A DNA stretch of 64,000 nucleotides, from the NCBI GenBank assembly GCA_965199755.1, contig CBDASZ010000002.1, forward strand, positions 128,001 through 192,000, given 5' to 3'. Positions 50,573 through 64,000 of this stretch are shown piece by piece. The first letter of the stretch is position 1. Each line of letters starts with the position of its first letter. Origin of the DNA: an uncultured candidatus Porisulfidus sp. GTDB taxonomy: Bacteria > Pseudomonadota > Gammaproteobacteria > Poriferisulfidales > Poriferisulfidaceae. Position numbers and translations under genes: made by a program. Below the pieces are notes generated by a model. That model made no database searches. It was given only the letters and a program-made list of their open reading frames with translations, and had not been told where the DNA came from.

Positions 50573-51669
50573 CCCGCCCGGCACGAGTTCGTATCTCTCG
50601 CCGAAACCTGCTGCATAACGCCCGCATCGCGCGACAGTGCGCACCGGACAGTTCCCTAATGGCCGTCATCAAGGGCGATGCCTACGGCCATGGCGCGGCA
50701 TTGTGCTACGACACCTTGCGCGACGTCGCCGACAACTTCGCGGTCGCCACCATCTCGGAGGCACGCGCCCTGTTCGAGGCGCTCGATTCGGATCTTCCCA
50801 AACTGACCATCCTGCATGGTGCCGGGTGCGCTGATGACCTCGCCTTCGCCTTGCAGCACGGCTTAGACCTGGTCCTGCCCGACCATCGGCAACTGGCGCT
50901 ATGCGAAGAGTCCCGCCTGCGGCCCCCGCGCCCGATGCGATTGTGGCTGAAGGTCAACACCGGCATGCATCGTTTGGGGGTGAACCCAGATCAGGTGGTG
51001 CCCGCCTTGCAGCGCATCGCCGCGCTCAGCTGGAGCGAAAAGCCGCTGGGCCTGATGACTCATCTCGCCTACGCCAGTGCTGCCGACGGGGCGGAAGCCA
51101 CCTACGCACAACTCGAACAATTCGAGGCGGCCTGCGCACAACTGCGCGAGGAGGCTCCTGAACTCTCCTGGGTGCGCTCCGCGGCCGCCTCAGCCGGCGT
51201 CCTCAAGTTCCCGGAAAGTCATCAGGAATGGGTCCGGCCCGGGCGCATGCTGTACGGCCCGTCGCTGGGACTGCAGAAACAAGACAGCGAACTGCACCCG
51301 GTGATGACGCTGGAAGCGCCCGTGCTGAGCATCCGCGATTGTCAGACTGGTGACCGCATCGGCTATGACGGCCTTTTCACGTGTCCCGAACCCATGCGCA
51401 TCGGCATTGTCGAAGTCGGCTACGCGGATGGCTATCCCCGCGCCGCCGGCGGGCTCGCGGATGTATTCGTAGGCGGACAACGCCGCCGCACGCTGGGGCG
51501 GGTGTCCATGGACATGATCGCGATCGACCTCAACGGCACCTCCGTCGAGGTCGGAGACTGGGTCGAATTGTGGGGCGAGAATATTCGTGTGGCGGAAGTG
51601 GCCGCGCAATGCGATACAATAGATTACGAAGTACTTTGCAACGCCGGCCATAGTTGCCGTCACGTCTGA
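50569..51669 (+). CDS. alr: Alanine racemase
   Basis: AVIKGDAYGHG, KVNTGMHRLG, VRPG, GYADG, GRVSMD, TIDYE. Confidence 0.95.
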   Translation: MTRPARVRISRRNLLHNARIARQCAPDSSLMAVIKGDAYGHGAALCYDTLRDVADNFAVATISEARALFEALDSDLPKLTILHGAGCADDLAFALQHGLDLVLPDHRQLALCEESRLRPPRPMRLWLKVNTGMHRLGVNPDQVVPALQRIAALSWSEKPLGLMTHLAYASAADGAEATYAQLEQFEAACAQLREEAPELSWVRSAAASAGVLKFPESHQEWVRPGRMLYGPSLGLQKQDSELHPVMTLEAPVLSIRDCQTGDRIGYDGLFTCPEPMRIGIVEVGYADGYPRAAGGLADVFVGGQRRRTLGRVSMDMIAIDLNGTSVEVGDWVELWGENIRVAEVAAQCDTIDYEVLCNAGHSCRHV

Positions 51670-51834
51670 GTACGACAGGGGCTTTGTCGGGAAGTTGCCA
51701 CGCCCGACGAAGAACAACAGGGGACTAACCGAGGCGTTGCCGGAGTTAGATATGTTGGCATTAATAAATCTGTTACTGAACTCGATTATCGAGCGTCTTT
51801 GCGCTTGTTTCGGGCGTCCCCTGCGCGTGCAACA

Positions 51835-51850
51835 ATGCCCATTTGGGCAT
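51835..51850. promoter_or_regulatory. Palindromic operator candidate upstream of the first glnK
   Basis: ATGCCCA-TT-TGGGCAT. Only loosely NtrC-like. Confidence 0.3.
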
Positions 51851-51868
51851 GCACGAATCTTTTAATAA

Positions 51869-53576
<1,708 letters not shown>

Positions 53577-53604
53577 CTGGTCGCCCTGCGATTCAGCACA
53601 GATC

Positions 53605-53633
53605 AGAGGGGCGCTTCGGTGCCCCTCTTTTTT
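53605..53633 (+). terminator. Rho-independent terminator
   Basis: AGAGGGGCGC-TTCG-GTGCCCCTCT followed by a T run. Confidence 0.85.
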
Positions 53634-53710
53634 GATGGTACACACACCATTATTGCGTCGGGGGTGTGTTAAGATGAAGGCAGACGGCGTGGTCACTGCG
53701 GCCACGATAA

Positions 53711-55364
<1,654 letters not shown>

Positions 55365-55385
55365 TCCGGGGCTGTCCCCCCTAAC

Positions 55386-55414
55386 AGAAAAGGCACCTTC
55401 GGGTGCCTTTTCTT
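55386..55414. terminator. Bidirectional Rho-independent terminator
   Basis: AGAAAAGGCACC-TTCG-GGTGCCTTTTCTT between convergent genes. Confidence 0.85.
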
Positions 55415-55433
55415 ATGCCGCCGCAAGAACCAA

Positions 55434-55655
55434 CTACTCGTCTACCTGCTCCCACTGTGTCAGATCGGCCGACACGTCAACGTCGCTGTTATCCCACACG
55501 GCATAGCCGCTTTCATGCCGCGCCACCGCTTCCGCGCCCTCCTCTGGCGCGGCATACGTCAAAGTCGGTGTGCCGTTGACCCAGAGATCCCACAAACCCA
55601 GCGGCTCGCGCTTGAGCTCAAAGGTGGCGATGTCGGCATGCAGTCGGTAAAACAT
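55434..55655 (-). CDS. Small hypothetical protein (73 aa)
   Basis: MFYRLHAD..WDLWVNG..ESGYAVWD. Globular-looking; ends at the terminator. Confidence 0.55.
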   Translation of the reverse strand: MFYRLHADIATFELKREPLGLWDLWVNGTPTLTYAAPEEGAEAVARHESGYAVWDNSDVDVSADLTQWEQVDE

Positions 55656-55698
55656 ATTTGACAGTATAGTGTTATCAGGCAAAACCGCAACATGATCC

Positions 55699-56043
55699 AT
55701 GGCACACGCATGCTGCATATTTCACGGCGTCTTCCCGGACGAGATTCGCCAAGACGGACAAACATTGGTCTCGCGCGTCCTGTTCGATATTGACTATCGT
55801 GGCACCCTGCACTCCCATCACATGGCCTACGTTATTCATGTCGATGGGGAGGAACAACCGCAAGTGACTTCAGATTTCGCGCTGCCCTGCGTCGGTCTTG
55901 CCGATGCCGTATTCGCTTATCTGGACTACGTGTTCGGGCGGCAAAGCCAGAGTATCTCGCATGGCGGGCCGAAAGGCCCCAACCTGATGGGGAATGTCAT
56001 GCACGTCACCTGGGAGACCCAACTTGAGATCCCTGATGCCTAA
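55699..56043 (+). CDS. Hypothetical protein (114 aa)
   Basis: Fills the gap between neighbours with protein-like composition. Confidence 0.5.
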   Translation: MAHACCIFHGVFPDEIRQDGQTLVSRVLFDIDYRGTLHSHHMAYVIHVDGEEQPQVTSDFALPCVGLADAVFAYLDYVFGRQSQSISHGGPKGPNLMGNVMHVTWETQLEIPDA

Positions 56044-56049
56044 ATAGGC

Positions 56050-57021
56050 TCACGGCATCCAGCAGCTCTCCATCTCCAACAGCAAGTCCCCTCGGCATAA
56101 CGGACTGTGCAGCACATACTGCGGTGCCGCGACACGCTCACGCAGCACGGCACTGACCGCCGACACATCCTCCGGTCGCGCCAGATACACTTTCTCAAAC
56201 GGCAATGCTTCAACTTGCGTCGGACAGGTGGGGTTCAGTTGATGCGCCTGCTCCAGAACCGCCGTGTGATTGCGTAGCACTTCCCGCGTTTGCTCAGCGA
56301 CATCTCCCGCGTGCTGGGTCTCATGCCCGGTGATGCTGGCCGTACCCGATAAATACAAGCGGCAGATTCCGGTTTCTTCATGCAGCATGCCGCGTGAGAA
56401 AGAAGGCCCGTGCGGTCCGAGTTCTGGTGGATATTCCGAAGGTGCCGTCTGTCTGGGATTGTGCAACGCCACGCCCGCCTCTCGCGCAGCCAGAAAATAA
56501 ACAACCAGCCCCTGCGCCTGACTGCCCGTCGTAGTCACCGCCGGCAGTGGCGCTTGCGCGCTTGGCGTATCCGCGAGCCATGCCTCGCGGCGGCCGTCAC
56601 AAAATTCCCGATAGCGCGCCCCGACACCATCCGACATACAGATTTCAGGGAAATGATTCCACACCCGCAGAATCGACGGATACCCGTACTCGCGGGTCAA
56701 TGCCAGCAGTCGCTGGTACACCTGTCGCGTACACACTTGCAAGCCGGCATCCGTCTCCTCGAACACCCCGTACGCGAACATGAAAGAGCCGAAACAGGCA
56801 GTGTGAAACCCGGACTCCGCACCTCGCACCACCGGCTGATCACTGCTCCAGACCTCATGGAGGATGCGTGCGCCGAGAAGCGGCAGCGCTAAACGCAATT
56901 GCGTCGCGTCGGCGTTACTGGCTGCCCCGTATACAATGCGGGCGATGGTTTGTTCGGAATTCTCGGGTGGGTCGGTGTCCTGAAAATAGGCGATACGGAA
57001 AGTCTGAGGCACCCCAAGCAT
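56050..57021 (-). CDS. FkbO/Hyg5/XanB2-family chorismatase
   Basis: LRVWNHFPEI, RYREFCDGR, NPRQ, PSFSRG, LSGTASITGHE..H.GD, LCRGDLLLEME. Start uncertain. Confidence 0.82.
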   Translation of the reverse strand: MLGVPQTFRIAYFQDTDPPENSEQTIARIVYGAASNADATQLRLALPLLGARILHEVWSSDQPVVRGAESGFHTACFGSFMFAYGVFEETDAGLQVCTRQVYQRLLALTREYGYPSILRVWNHFPEICMSDGVGARYREFCDGRREAWLADTPSAQAPLPAVTTTGSQAQGLVVYFLAAREAGVALHNPRQTAPSEYPPELGPHGPSFSRGMLHEETGICRLYLSGTASITGHETQHAGDVAEQTREVLRNHTAVLEQAHQLNPTCPTQVEALPFEKVYLARPEDVSAVSAVLRERVAAPQYVLHSPLCRGDLLLEMESCWMP

Positions 57022-59063
57022 GGGCAAAATGGCACAAGGCGATAGTTTGAACCTGAATTTTAACACCGGCGCAGCCGAGACTTTGCGCGTCGGTATCGAC
57101 ACCGGCGGCACCTTCACTGATTTTCTGGTCTGCTTCGAAGAGCGCTGGTACATCCACAAGGTGCTGTCTGATCCTGAAGACCCGGCCCGCGCCATTCTTC
57201 AAGGTCTCCAAGACATCGGCATCAGCACCGAGCAGGAGTTTTATCTCGCCCACGGCACCACGGTGGCCACCAATACGGTGCTGGAAGGCACTGGCGCGGT
57301 CTGCGCCTACATTACAAACCGCGGATTCGCCGATGTGCTGCGTCTGGGCCGTCAGGCGCGTGCGGAACTCTATAACCTCACGCCACCGCTTGAACCGATC
57401 CCCGTTGCAGAGGAGTTGTGCTTCGAGACCGGCGGGCGTGTGAGTGCCGACGGGGAGATTCTCGAACCGCTCACTGAGGAAGACCTGCGCACGCTTTGTG
57501 AGCAGGTCCAATCGGCAAACGTGAAGGCCGTCGCCATCAATCTGCTGTTTAGCTGGCGCGACGCCGAAGCCGAACACCGCATTGAAGCGGCTTTGGATGA
57601 AGTCATTGTTTGTCTCTCGCTCCTCCCGTGTCTTGCCAGAAATCCGAGAGTACGAACGCGGCATGACGACTTGGCTCAACAGTTATGTCGGCCCCGGTGT
57701 CGGCCACTATCTGGAACACCTGCACACCGCGCTTCCTCATGCGCGAGTGGACATCATGCAAAGCCACGGCGGCACCTTGCCGGGGCATCTGGCCGCACCC
57801 AACGCAGTGCGGCTGCTGTTATCCGGCCCGGCAGCGGGATTGGCCGCGGCGCTGGAGATCGGCAAACGCGCCGGCACCGAGCGCATTCTCAGTCTGGACA
57901 TGGGCGGCACGTCCACTGATGTCGCTTTGATCGACGGCCGCATCCGGCTCAGTTCCGATGGCGAGATCGGCGGATTTCCGGTCGCCACCCCGATGGTGGA
58001 TATGCACACGATCGGCGCGGGTGGAGGCTCACTGGCCTATCGGGATGAAGGCGGGCTATTGCGAGTCGGGCCACGCTCCGCCGGCAGCCGCCCCGGACCC
58101 GCTTGTTATGGCCGCGGCGGCACCCACGCGACCGTCACGGATGCCCATGTGGTGTTGGGCTGGATCCCGGCTGAGGCCCGGTTGGCTGGGAGTCTTGAAT
58201 TGGACGCGGGGGCCGCGCACAACGCGGTACGCCGATTGGCTGATGATTTGGAACTGGACCCCCTGGACACCGCACGCGGCATCGTGCGCGTCGCCAATGA
58301 AAATATGGCGCAGACGTTGCGGGTGGTTTCTATCGAGCATGGTCACAATCCCCGGGACTTCATACTGATGGCCTTCGGAGGTGCCGGTGGACTGCATCTG
58401 TGCGCACTAGCCGAAGCGCTGGACATGCGCCACGCCATTGTGCCCGCATATGCCGGGGCGTTTTCAGCCCTCGGCCTGCTGCTCGCCCCACAAAGCCGTG
58501 AATTGACGCAATCCCTCGGCCGTCCCTTGCAGGAACTTGATGATGCCACCGTGGAACAGCACTTCACGCAGCTGCAACAACGCGCCCATACCGAACTGGA
58601 AGTCCCTGAATCTCCGCCCTGGGAGGCGCAGCATAGTCTGGACTTGCGCTATGTCGGACAATCGGCAAGTCTGCGTCTGTCCTGGACTTCTGTCGCACAG
58701 GCCGGTGAGGACTTTCATGCCCGGCACCGGAAACACTACGGGCACGCGCTGGATGTGCCGATCGAACTGGTGACTTTGAGGCTGTCGCTGACCCAGCAAA
58801 GCACCACAGCACCCCTGCCCTCAGCGCCCACACGCGACAGTGCTGCACCGCACTACCATGCTCTGGTGGAAGGCCGTGAAGTGCCCGTCTATCAGCGCGA
58901 AAAACTTGCACTCGGTCAGCCCGTTGTCGGGCCGGCCATCATTCTTGAGGACACCGCCACCACCCGCGTCTCCGAACACTGGTGTGCGGAACTCGACCCA
59001 TGTGCTAATATCCGACTTGCGCGAAGTTCGCGATGCGCAGATTCTTTCTCACTTACGGTTTGA
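57020..59063 (+). pseudogene. Hydantoinase A / 5-oxoprolinase A subunit with a +1 frameshift near 57600
   Basis: Frame 1: GIDTGGTFTD, HGTTVATN. Frame 2: PEIREYER, LLSGPAAG, DMGGTSTDV, IGAGGGS, PGPACYG, FGGAG. Confidence 0.8.
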
Positions 59064-59066
59064 TCA

Positions 59067-60272
59067 ATGGTTGATGTGCTTGCCCTGTGGCACGGGGTGT
59101 TCCTGCTACCGGTCTGGAGCTATATCCTGCTGGCGCTTGTTCTGACCCACATTACGATCGTCTCGGTGACACTCTACCTGCACCGGGATCAGGCGCATTG
59201 CTCATTGCAACTGGGCGCACCGCTGCGCCATGCTTTCCGTTTCTGGCTATGGCTGACCACCGGCATGAAAACGCGCGAATGGGTCGCCGTGCACCGCAAG
59301 CATCACGCGCGTTGCGAAACTGAAAACGATCCGCATAGTCCGGCCATCCATGGCATCGCCGCTGTGCTCTGGTCTGGCGTCGCCCTGTACCAGCAAGAGA
59401 CCCGCAACTCCGAGACCCTGACCCGCTACGGCCATGGCACACCGGACGATTTTCTGGAGCGGCACCTGTATTCCCGTCACACACTGGGCATCACCCTGAT
59501 GCTCATCCTGCAGCTGCTCCTGTTCGGACTTCCGGGACTGGCGATATGGGCGATACAAATGTTGTGGATTCCGTTTTTCGCGGCGGGGGTCATCAACGGT
59601 CTGGGACACTGGTTTGGCTACCGGAATTTCGCGACCCATGACATTTCGACCAACCTCACCAACATCGGCATTTTGATCGGCGGTGAGGAGATGCACAACA
59701 ATCATCACGCCTATCCGTTCTCCGCGCGCTTCTCCATCCGCTGGTGGGAATTTGACATTGGCTGGATGTACATTCGGCTGCTGCGCGCCCTGCGGCTGGC
59801 GACCATCCGCCACGAAGCGCCGCGCTTGCGGATGTGCCGCAGCAAAACCCAGATTGATCAGGAAACCATCCGCGCTTTGCTCAGTAGCCGCATTATGGTG
59901 ATGGGGCAATACGCCCGCACCGTGTTGCTGCCAGCCTTGCGTCAGGAAGCCCGGCGCACCGCAGGCAACAGTTACCGCCGCCAGTTGGTGCGGCTGCGCA
60001 AACTGCTGCCGACCCTTGAACACCGCATGACGCCCGGTGAGCATGAACAGTTGCAACGGCTGCTGGTGCACTATCCGCAGCTGCAGGAAGTCATGCGCTA
60101 CCAACAGCGTCTGCAGGAAATTTTTCGGGCACGCCACGAAGGCTATCGGTTGATGCGCGAGCGATTGAATCAGTGGCGGCTGGGCGCTGAACAAACCGGC
60201 ATCGAAGCGCTGGAGAAGTTCTCACGGCAATTATGCTACTATTCTTTAGCGCCTGAGCGCATAAAACTATAA
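59067..60272 (+). CDS. desA: Membrane fatty-acid desaturase (delta-9, DesA type)
   Basis: His boxes HRDQAH, HRKHH, HNNHH; WWEFDIGW; helical C-terminal domain. Confidence 0.9.
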   Translation: MVDVLALWHGVFLLPVWSYILLALVLTHITIVSVTLYLHRDQAHCSLQLGAPLRHAFRFWLWLTTGMKTREWVAVHRKHHARCETENDPHSPAIHGIAAVLWSGVALYQQETRNSETLTRYGHGTPDDFLERHLYSRHTLGITLMLILQLLLFGLPGLAIWAIQMLWIPFFAAGVINGLGHWFGYRNFATHDISTNLTNIGILIGGEEMHNNHHAYPFSARFSIRWWEFDIGWMYIRLLRALRLATIRHEAPRLRMCRSKTQIDQETIRALLSSRIMVMGQYARTVLLPALRQEARRTAGNSYRRQLVRLRKLLPTLEHRMTPGEHEQLQRLLVHYPQLQEVMRYQQRLQEIFRARHEGYRLMRERLNQWRLGAEQTGIEALEKFSRQLCYYSLAPERIKL

Positions 60273-60318
60273 TTTTCTTCGTTCACCCCTCTTCACTTTT
60301 GGACTGAACCGCACCACT

Positions 60319-60633
60319 ATGAAACGTACTAACTGGATTCTGCTACTTGCTCTTCCACTGGCCTTGGCGGGCTGTGAGACTATGGATAACATGACTTCCT
60401 GGTTCGACGATGACGAACCTGTCGCAGAAGCCGGTCAGGAACAACCACAGGAGAAATACGTCACCCTCAACGTGAAAGATCGCTGGGGATTTCGTATCAA
60501 GGAGCCGATGGGCTCACGCACCACCGGCGGAAGTTGCGCGGTCTGGACTGACACGGAAAAAGAAGCCAAAGGCAGTTGTTGCTGGAACCAGCGCGGGGAG
60601 TGTTCCTGCCCCTGTCCAGAACGATCGGAATAG
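60319..60633 (+). CDS. Small lipoprotein with Cys-rich C-terminus
   Basis: Lipobox LAGC; six further Cys in the last 31 residues. Confidence 0.75.
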   Translation: MKRTNWILLLALPLALAGCETMDNMTSWFDDDEPVAEAGQEQPQEKYVTLNVKDRWGFRIKEPMGSRTTGGSCAVWTDTEKEAKGSCCWNQRGECSCPCPERSE

Positions 60634-60663
60634 CCTCAGGGCGTTTCGGGCCGACGCGACCCC

Positions 60664-60831
60664 TTATTTGATTTTCGCTTCCTTGTAGAGGACGTGCTTG
60701 CGCACGACCGGATCGTACTTGCGCGTCTCCAGCTTTTCGGTCGCCGTGCGCTTGTTCCGGGTGGTCGTGTAGTAATGCCCGGTGTCCGCGCTGGACACCA
60801 GTTTGATTTTCTCGCGGACTTGCTTGGCCAT
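60664..60831 (-). CDS. rpmG: 50S ribosomal protein L33
   Basis: [32 protein letters not shown]. Confidence 0.96.
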   Translation of the reverse strand: MAKQVREKIKLVSSADTGHYYTTTRNKRTATEKLETRKYDPVVRKHVLYKEAKIK

Positions 60832-60832
60832 A

Positions 60833-61069
60833 TCAGACCTTCTCGCCGCGGGCACGCATTTCGATCAACACTGACTCAATGCCTTTCTTGTCGATGATCC
60901 GCATCCCCTTGCGGGACACCCGGAGTTTCACCCAGCGATTCTCGCTCTCCACCCAAAAGCGCTGCATGTGCAAATTGGGCAGGAAGCGTCGGCGCGTCTT
61001 GTTATGCGCGTGCGACACATTGTTGCCCGCCATGGGGCGCTTCCCGGTGACCTGACAGATTCGAGACAT
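60833..61069 (-). CDS. rpmB: 50S ribosomal protein L28
   Basis: [29 protein letters not shown]. Confidence 0.97.
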   Translation of the reverse strand: MSRICQVTGKRPMAGNNVSHAHNKTRRRFLPNLHMQRFWVESENRWVKLRVSRKGMRIIDKKGIESVLIEMRARGEKV

Positions 61070-61197
61070 TGCCGTGTTGTGCGTGAATTGTGAAGGGGCT
61101 ATTTTAGCAAATATGTCTGGCATTAAGCACCATTTCTGTGGGACAGGATTCTGTGCAATACGCCATTTTTTCAATATTTACAATATTATTTAGGTCG

Positions 61198-61840
61198 ATG
61201 GTGCTGGCCCCGGGCACCAATACCAACTCAGCGACGCAGTCACACACCATCAATGTCGCCACCCCTTTCGGAGAACTTCCCTTTAGCCTGAGCGACGAAG
61301 CGCGAGAGACTTCCGGGGTCGGACTGCTGGTGTCCGCTTCAGGGGAATATTGGCACCCGTTAGCTGTTTGGCGGTCAGTTACACACGCGTGAATATAAGG
61401 GACACCAGTTTGACGATATGGACGTCAGTCTGCGCAGCGGCCCGCGATTGTTCTTTCCTAGCACTGATGTCAGCGTGCAGGCCAAGGTGTCACAACGCTG
61501 GTTTGGCGGCACGGTCTACAGCAAAGGATTTGGCTTCCGTGTCGAAAACAACTGGTATCTGGGCCGGCGCACCTGGACCAGCGGCAATTTGGAACGGATG
61601 CAACTGCGCAACCGTAATGAAGGTCTGGGCGAAGGCCCGCGCTGGAATGCGACACAATGGGTTTTCGCCCGCCACCATTCTGGTTCGACAACGGCAGCGC
61701 TCAAATTTTATCCTTTCAGAATACAGCCGAACCCGAATGGAACTCTCGGTGCGTCGCTTGTTCTGACGCACCACAAACTCCCCAAGCAGCATAATGGACG
61801 GCGCGAAACACTCGCGCGGCTCCCTATTGGACATATCTGA
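61198..61840 (+). pseudogene. Remnant of a Slam/DUF560-like outer-membrane beta-barrel gene
   Basis: LAPGTNTNSAT..TI..FGELPFSLSDEARETSGVGL, then in another frame SGPR..RWFGG..YSKGFGFRVE. No signal peptide or TPR region. Confidence 0.5.
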
Positions 61841-61855
61841 TTTCTCTCCCCGTCC

Positions 61856-62881
61856 ATGACTCTCATTCTCGGCATTGAAAGTTCCTGCGATGAAACCGGT
61901 GTCGCCATTTGGAACGATGCGCAGGGCCTACAAGCTCATCGCCTCTACAGTCAGGTCAAAACACATCAGCGCTACGGTGGCGTGGTGCCTGAATTAGCGT
62001 CACGAGATCATATCCAGCGACTGCCTCAGTTATGTCAGGAGGCGCTGTCTGAAGCGCAGTGCGAAGCCACAGATCTTGACGCCATCGCCTATACCGCAGG
62101 CCCTGGGCTGATCGGCGCACTGATGGTCGGTGCCTCTTTCGCCTGTGCGCTGGCCTACACCGTCAAGCGCCCCACACTGGCCATCCACCACATGGAAGCG
62201 CACCTGCTGGCTCCTCTGATGGGCACTTCCGATCTCCACCCACCGTTCGTCGCGCTATTGATCTCTGGTGGTCACACGTTGCTGATACGGGTGGATGAGA
62301 TCGGCCAGTACACCTGTCTGGGTCAGAGTTTGGATGATGCCGTCGGCGAAGCGTTCGACAAAACCGCCCGACTACTAAACCTCCCCTACCCCGGCGGGCC
62401 CGCTCTGGCGCAACTTGCCGAACAAGGCAATGCCAAGCACTTTGCGTTCCCTCGCCCCCTGCTGGATCGACCCGATTGCAACATGAGCTTCAGTGGCCTG
62501 AAGACCCACGTGCGTCGCATGATCGAAAAACACCCGCAACCGGAACAGGCACCCGACATTGCCGCCGGCTTTCAGGAAGCCGTGGTGGATGTATTGATCG
62601 GGAAGGCGCAGCGAGCCTTGGACGAGACCGGACTATCGGATCTGGTTGTCTCTGGCGGCGTCGGTGCCAACGTGCGCTTGCGTACGCGCCTGACTGAAGA
62701 GTTGCAGCATTGTGGCCGCCGCGTGTTCTATCCGCCGCCTGAATACTGCACGGATAACGGGGCCATGATTGCCTATGCCGGATTTCGGAGGCTGGACGAT
62801 GCTCGCCCGAATGAGCGTCCGCAGATTCTAAGCCGGGCTCGCTGGCCGCTTGAAGAACTCAAGCCCCCCGGAGCCACTTGA
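61856..62881 (+). CDS. tsaD: tRNA t6A threonylcarbamoyltransferase
   Basis: LGIESSCDET, HHMEAH, ISGGHT, GEAFDK, SFSGLKT, CTDNGAMIA. Confidence 0.97.
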   Translation: MTLILGIESSCDETGVAIWNDAQGLQAHRLYSQVKTHQRYGGVVPELASRDHIQRLPQLCQEALSEAQCEATDLDAIAYTAGPGLIGALMVGASFACALAYTVKRPTLAIHHMEAHLLAPLMGTSDLHPPFVALLISGGHTLLIRVDEIGQYTCLGQSLDDAVGEAFDKTARLLNLPYPGGPALAQLAEQGNAKHFAFPRPLLDRPDCNMSFSGLKTHVRRMIEKHPQPEQAPDIAAGFQEAVVDVLIGKAQRALDETGLSDLVVSGGVGANVRLRTRLTEELQHCGRRVFYPPPEYCTDNGAMIAYAGFRRLDDARPNERPQILSRARWPLEELKPPGAT

Positions 62882-63416
62882 TCGAACACCCCATTGACGA
62901 TGTCTGCTGCTCAGGCCCCACTCCGGTCTGTGCAATCTGCACCATCGCGTCAAACAATTCGCGCGGCGCGTCTGAAACCTCCTGCAGGCCGCCGGAATCA
63001 AGCCGACCGCGATACTGCAACTCCAACGCGGCGTTGTAGCCAAAGAAGTCCGGGGTACAGACCGCGCCGTAATCACGCGCAGCCTGCTGCGTCTCGTCCC
63101 ACAGATACGGAAACGGAAACTGGTGGCGTTGCGATACCGCCGCCATGTTGTCGAAGGAATCTTCCGTATATTCCTGCGGATCGTTCGACATGATCGCGAC
63201 CGAACGGATGCCGTGCCCGACCAGTTCCGCGGTATCGCGCACGATGCGCTCCAGGCAAGCTTTGACGTAAGGGCAATGGTTGCAGATAAACATGATCAGC
63301 ACCCCGGATTCACCGCGGCATTCCTGCAACGACCAGTCACGGCCATCCACACCCGGCAATGAAAAATCAATCGCCGCAGCACCAAAGTCGCAGACCGGCG
63401 TGTGCTTGAGACTCAT
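62859..63416 (-). CDS. Thioredoxin-fold (AhpC/TSA-like) protein
   Basis: FICNHCPYV, FPYLWDETQ, AVCTPDFF, YRGRLD, SMGCSIKW. Confidence 0.9.
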   Translation of the reverse strand: MSLKHTPVCDFGAAAIDFSLPGVDGRDWSLQECRGESGVLIMFICNHCPYVKACLERIVRDTAELVGHGIRSVAIMSNDPQEYTEDSFDNMAAVSQRHQFPFPYLWDETQQAARDYGAVCTPDFFGYNAALELQYRGRLDSGGLQEVSDAPRELFDAMVQIAQTGVGPEQQTSSMGCSIKWLRGA

Positions 63417-64000
63417 TGCCGCAACGCTTCCAAAGCGGCATTGACCGCACCAGACAGATACATCGCATCCACTCCGAGACCGAGCAAGCTGAAGCCCTGC
63501 TCCCGATAACTGCGAACGACATCCGCCTGTACTCCGAAAATTCCCGGAACCTTGCCGAACTCCTTGCACGTCGCCAACACCTCAGCGATACAGTCCTGTA
63601 TCCTGGAATCGTTGACTTCTCCGGGAATGCCCATGCTCATGGACAGGTCATAAGGACCAACGAACAAGGCGTCAACGCCTTCCACTGCCGCCAGTTCCCT
63701 CACATTGCGCACCGCATCAATGTGTTCGATCTGGATCACGGTCAGCAGTGAATCATTCGCATGCTCCAGATACTCCGTCAGGCTCGCCCCGTATCGCTGC
63801 GCCCGCGCTATGCCGACGCCGCGCTCCCCTACGGGCGGATATTTGGCGTACTGCACAATCAACTCCGCCTGCTCAACCGAGTTGACTTGTGGCGCGATGA
63901 TCCCGGATGCACCGACATCCAGCATCTTCTCAATCCAACATTCCTCATGCACTGGAATGCGCACCAGACACGGCATCTTGTTGCCCACTGCCTGAATCAG
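63413..64000 (-). CDS. HpcH/HpaI aldolase family, partial (start outside the window)
   Basis: LDVGASGIIAPQV, YPPVGERG, QIEH, FVGPYDLS. Confidence 0.9.
   Translation of the reverse strand: MIQAVGNKMPCLVRIPVHEECWIEKMLDVGASGIIAPQVNSVEQAELIVQYAKYPPVGERGVGIARAQRYGASLTEYLEHANDSLLTVIQIEHIDAVRNVRELAAVEGVDALFVGPYDLSMSMGIPGEVNDSRIQDCIAEVLATCKEFGKVPGIFGVQADVVRSYREQGFSLLGLGVDAMYLSGAVNAALEALRQ

Noticed and set aside
53685-53700. Sigma-54 promoter before the second glnK (GG-N10-GC)
   Set aside because: Spacing is right but the match to TGGCAC-N5-TTGC is poor.

Overview
64 kb of a GC-rich Gammaproteobacterial chromosome, probably from a marine, sulfur-metabolising lineage (inferred from gene content: SulP, persulfide dioxygenase, AcuI/YhdH, a TauD / small protein / Cas6 cluster). 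The backbone is housekeeping: tldD-pmbA, xseA, an M16 peptidase pair with rsmD, hemH, argA, nnr-tsaE-amiC, mreBCD, rnd, four tRNAs, purEK, uvrB, rpsF-rpsR-rplI-dnaB-alr, two glnK-amtB units, desA, rpmBG and tsaD. Two AT-richer accessory segments interrupt it. (1) About 2.6-5.6 kb holds an autotransporter remnant and a Dam-family methyltransferase with a G16 tract, coupled to a PD-(D/E)xK nuclease. (2) About 30.1-38.7 kb is the main candidate for an undescribed system. It is a tightly coupled six-gene operon: GHKL/MORC-type ATPase (frameshifted at a G13 tract), unknown protein, DUF6339-like protein, PP-loop/PAPS-reductase-like Cys-rich enzyme, IscS/DndA-type cysteine desulfurase, and DUF262+HNH (GmrSD/SspE-like) nuclease, preceded by a decayed HEPN gene. 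It looks like a sulfur-based DNA modification/restriction system with neither Dnd nor Ssp core genes. Other notable signals are an orphan Cas6 with no CRISPR array, a phased DnaA-box array before dnaB, a candidate sRNA with anti-Shine-Dalgarno loops, and a divergent MreB. Family assignments come from motif recognition by eye; no searches were run.
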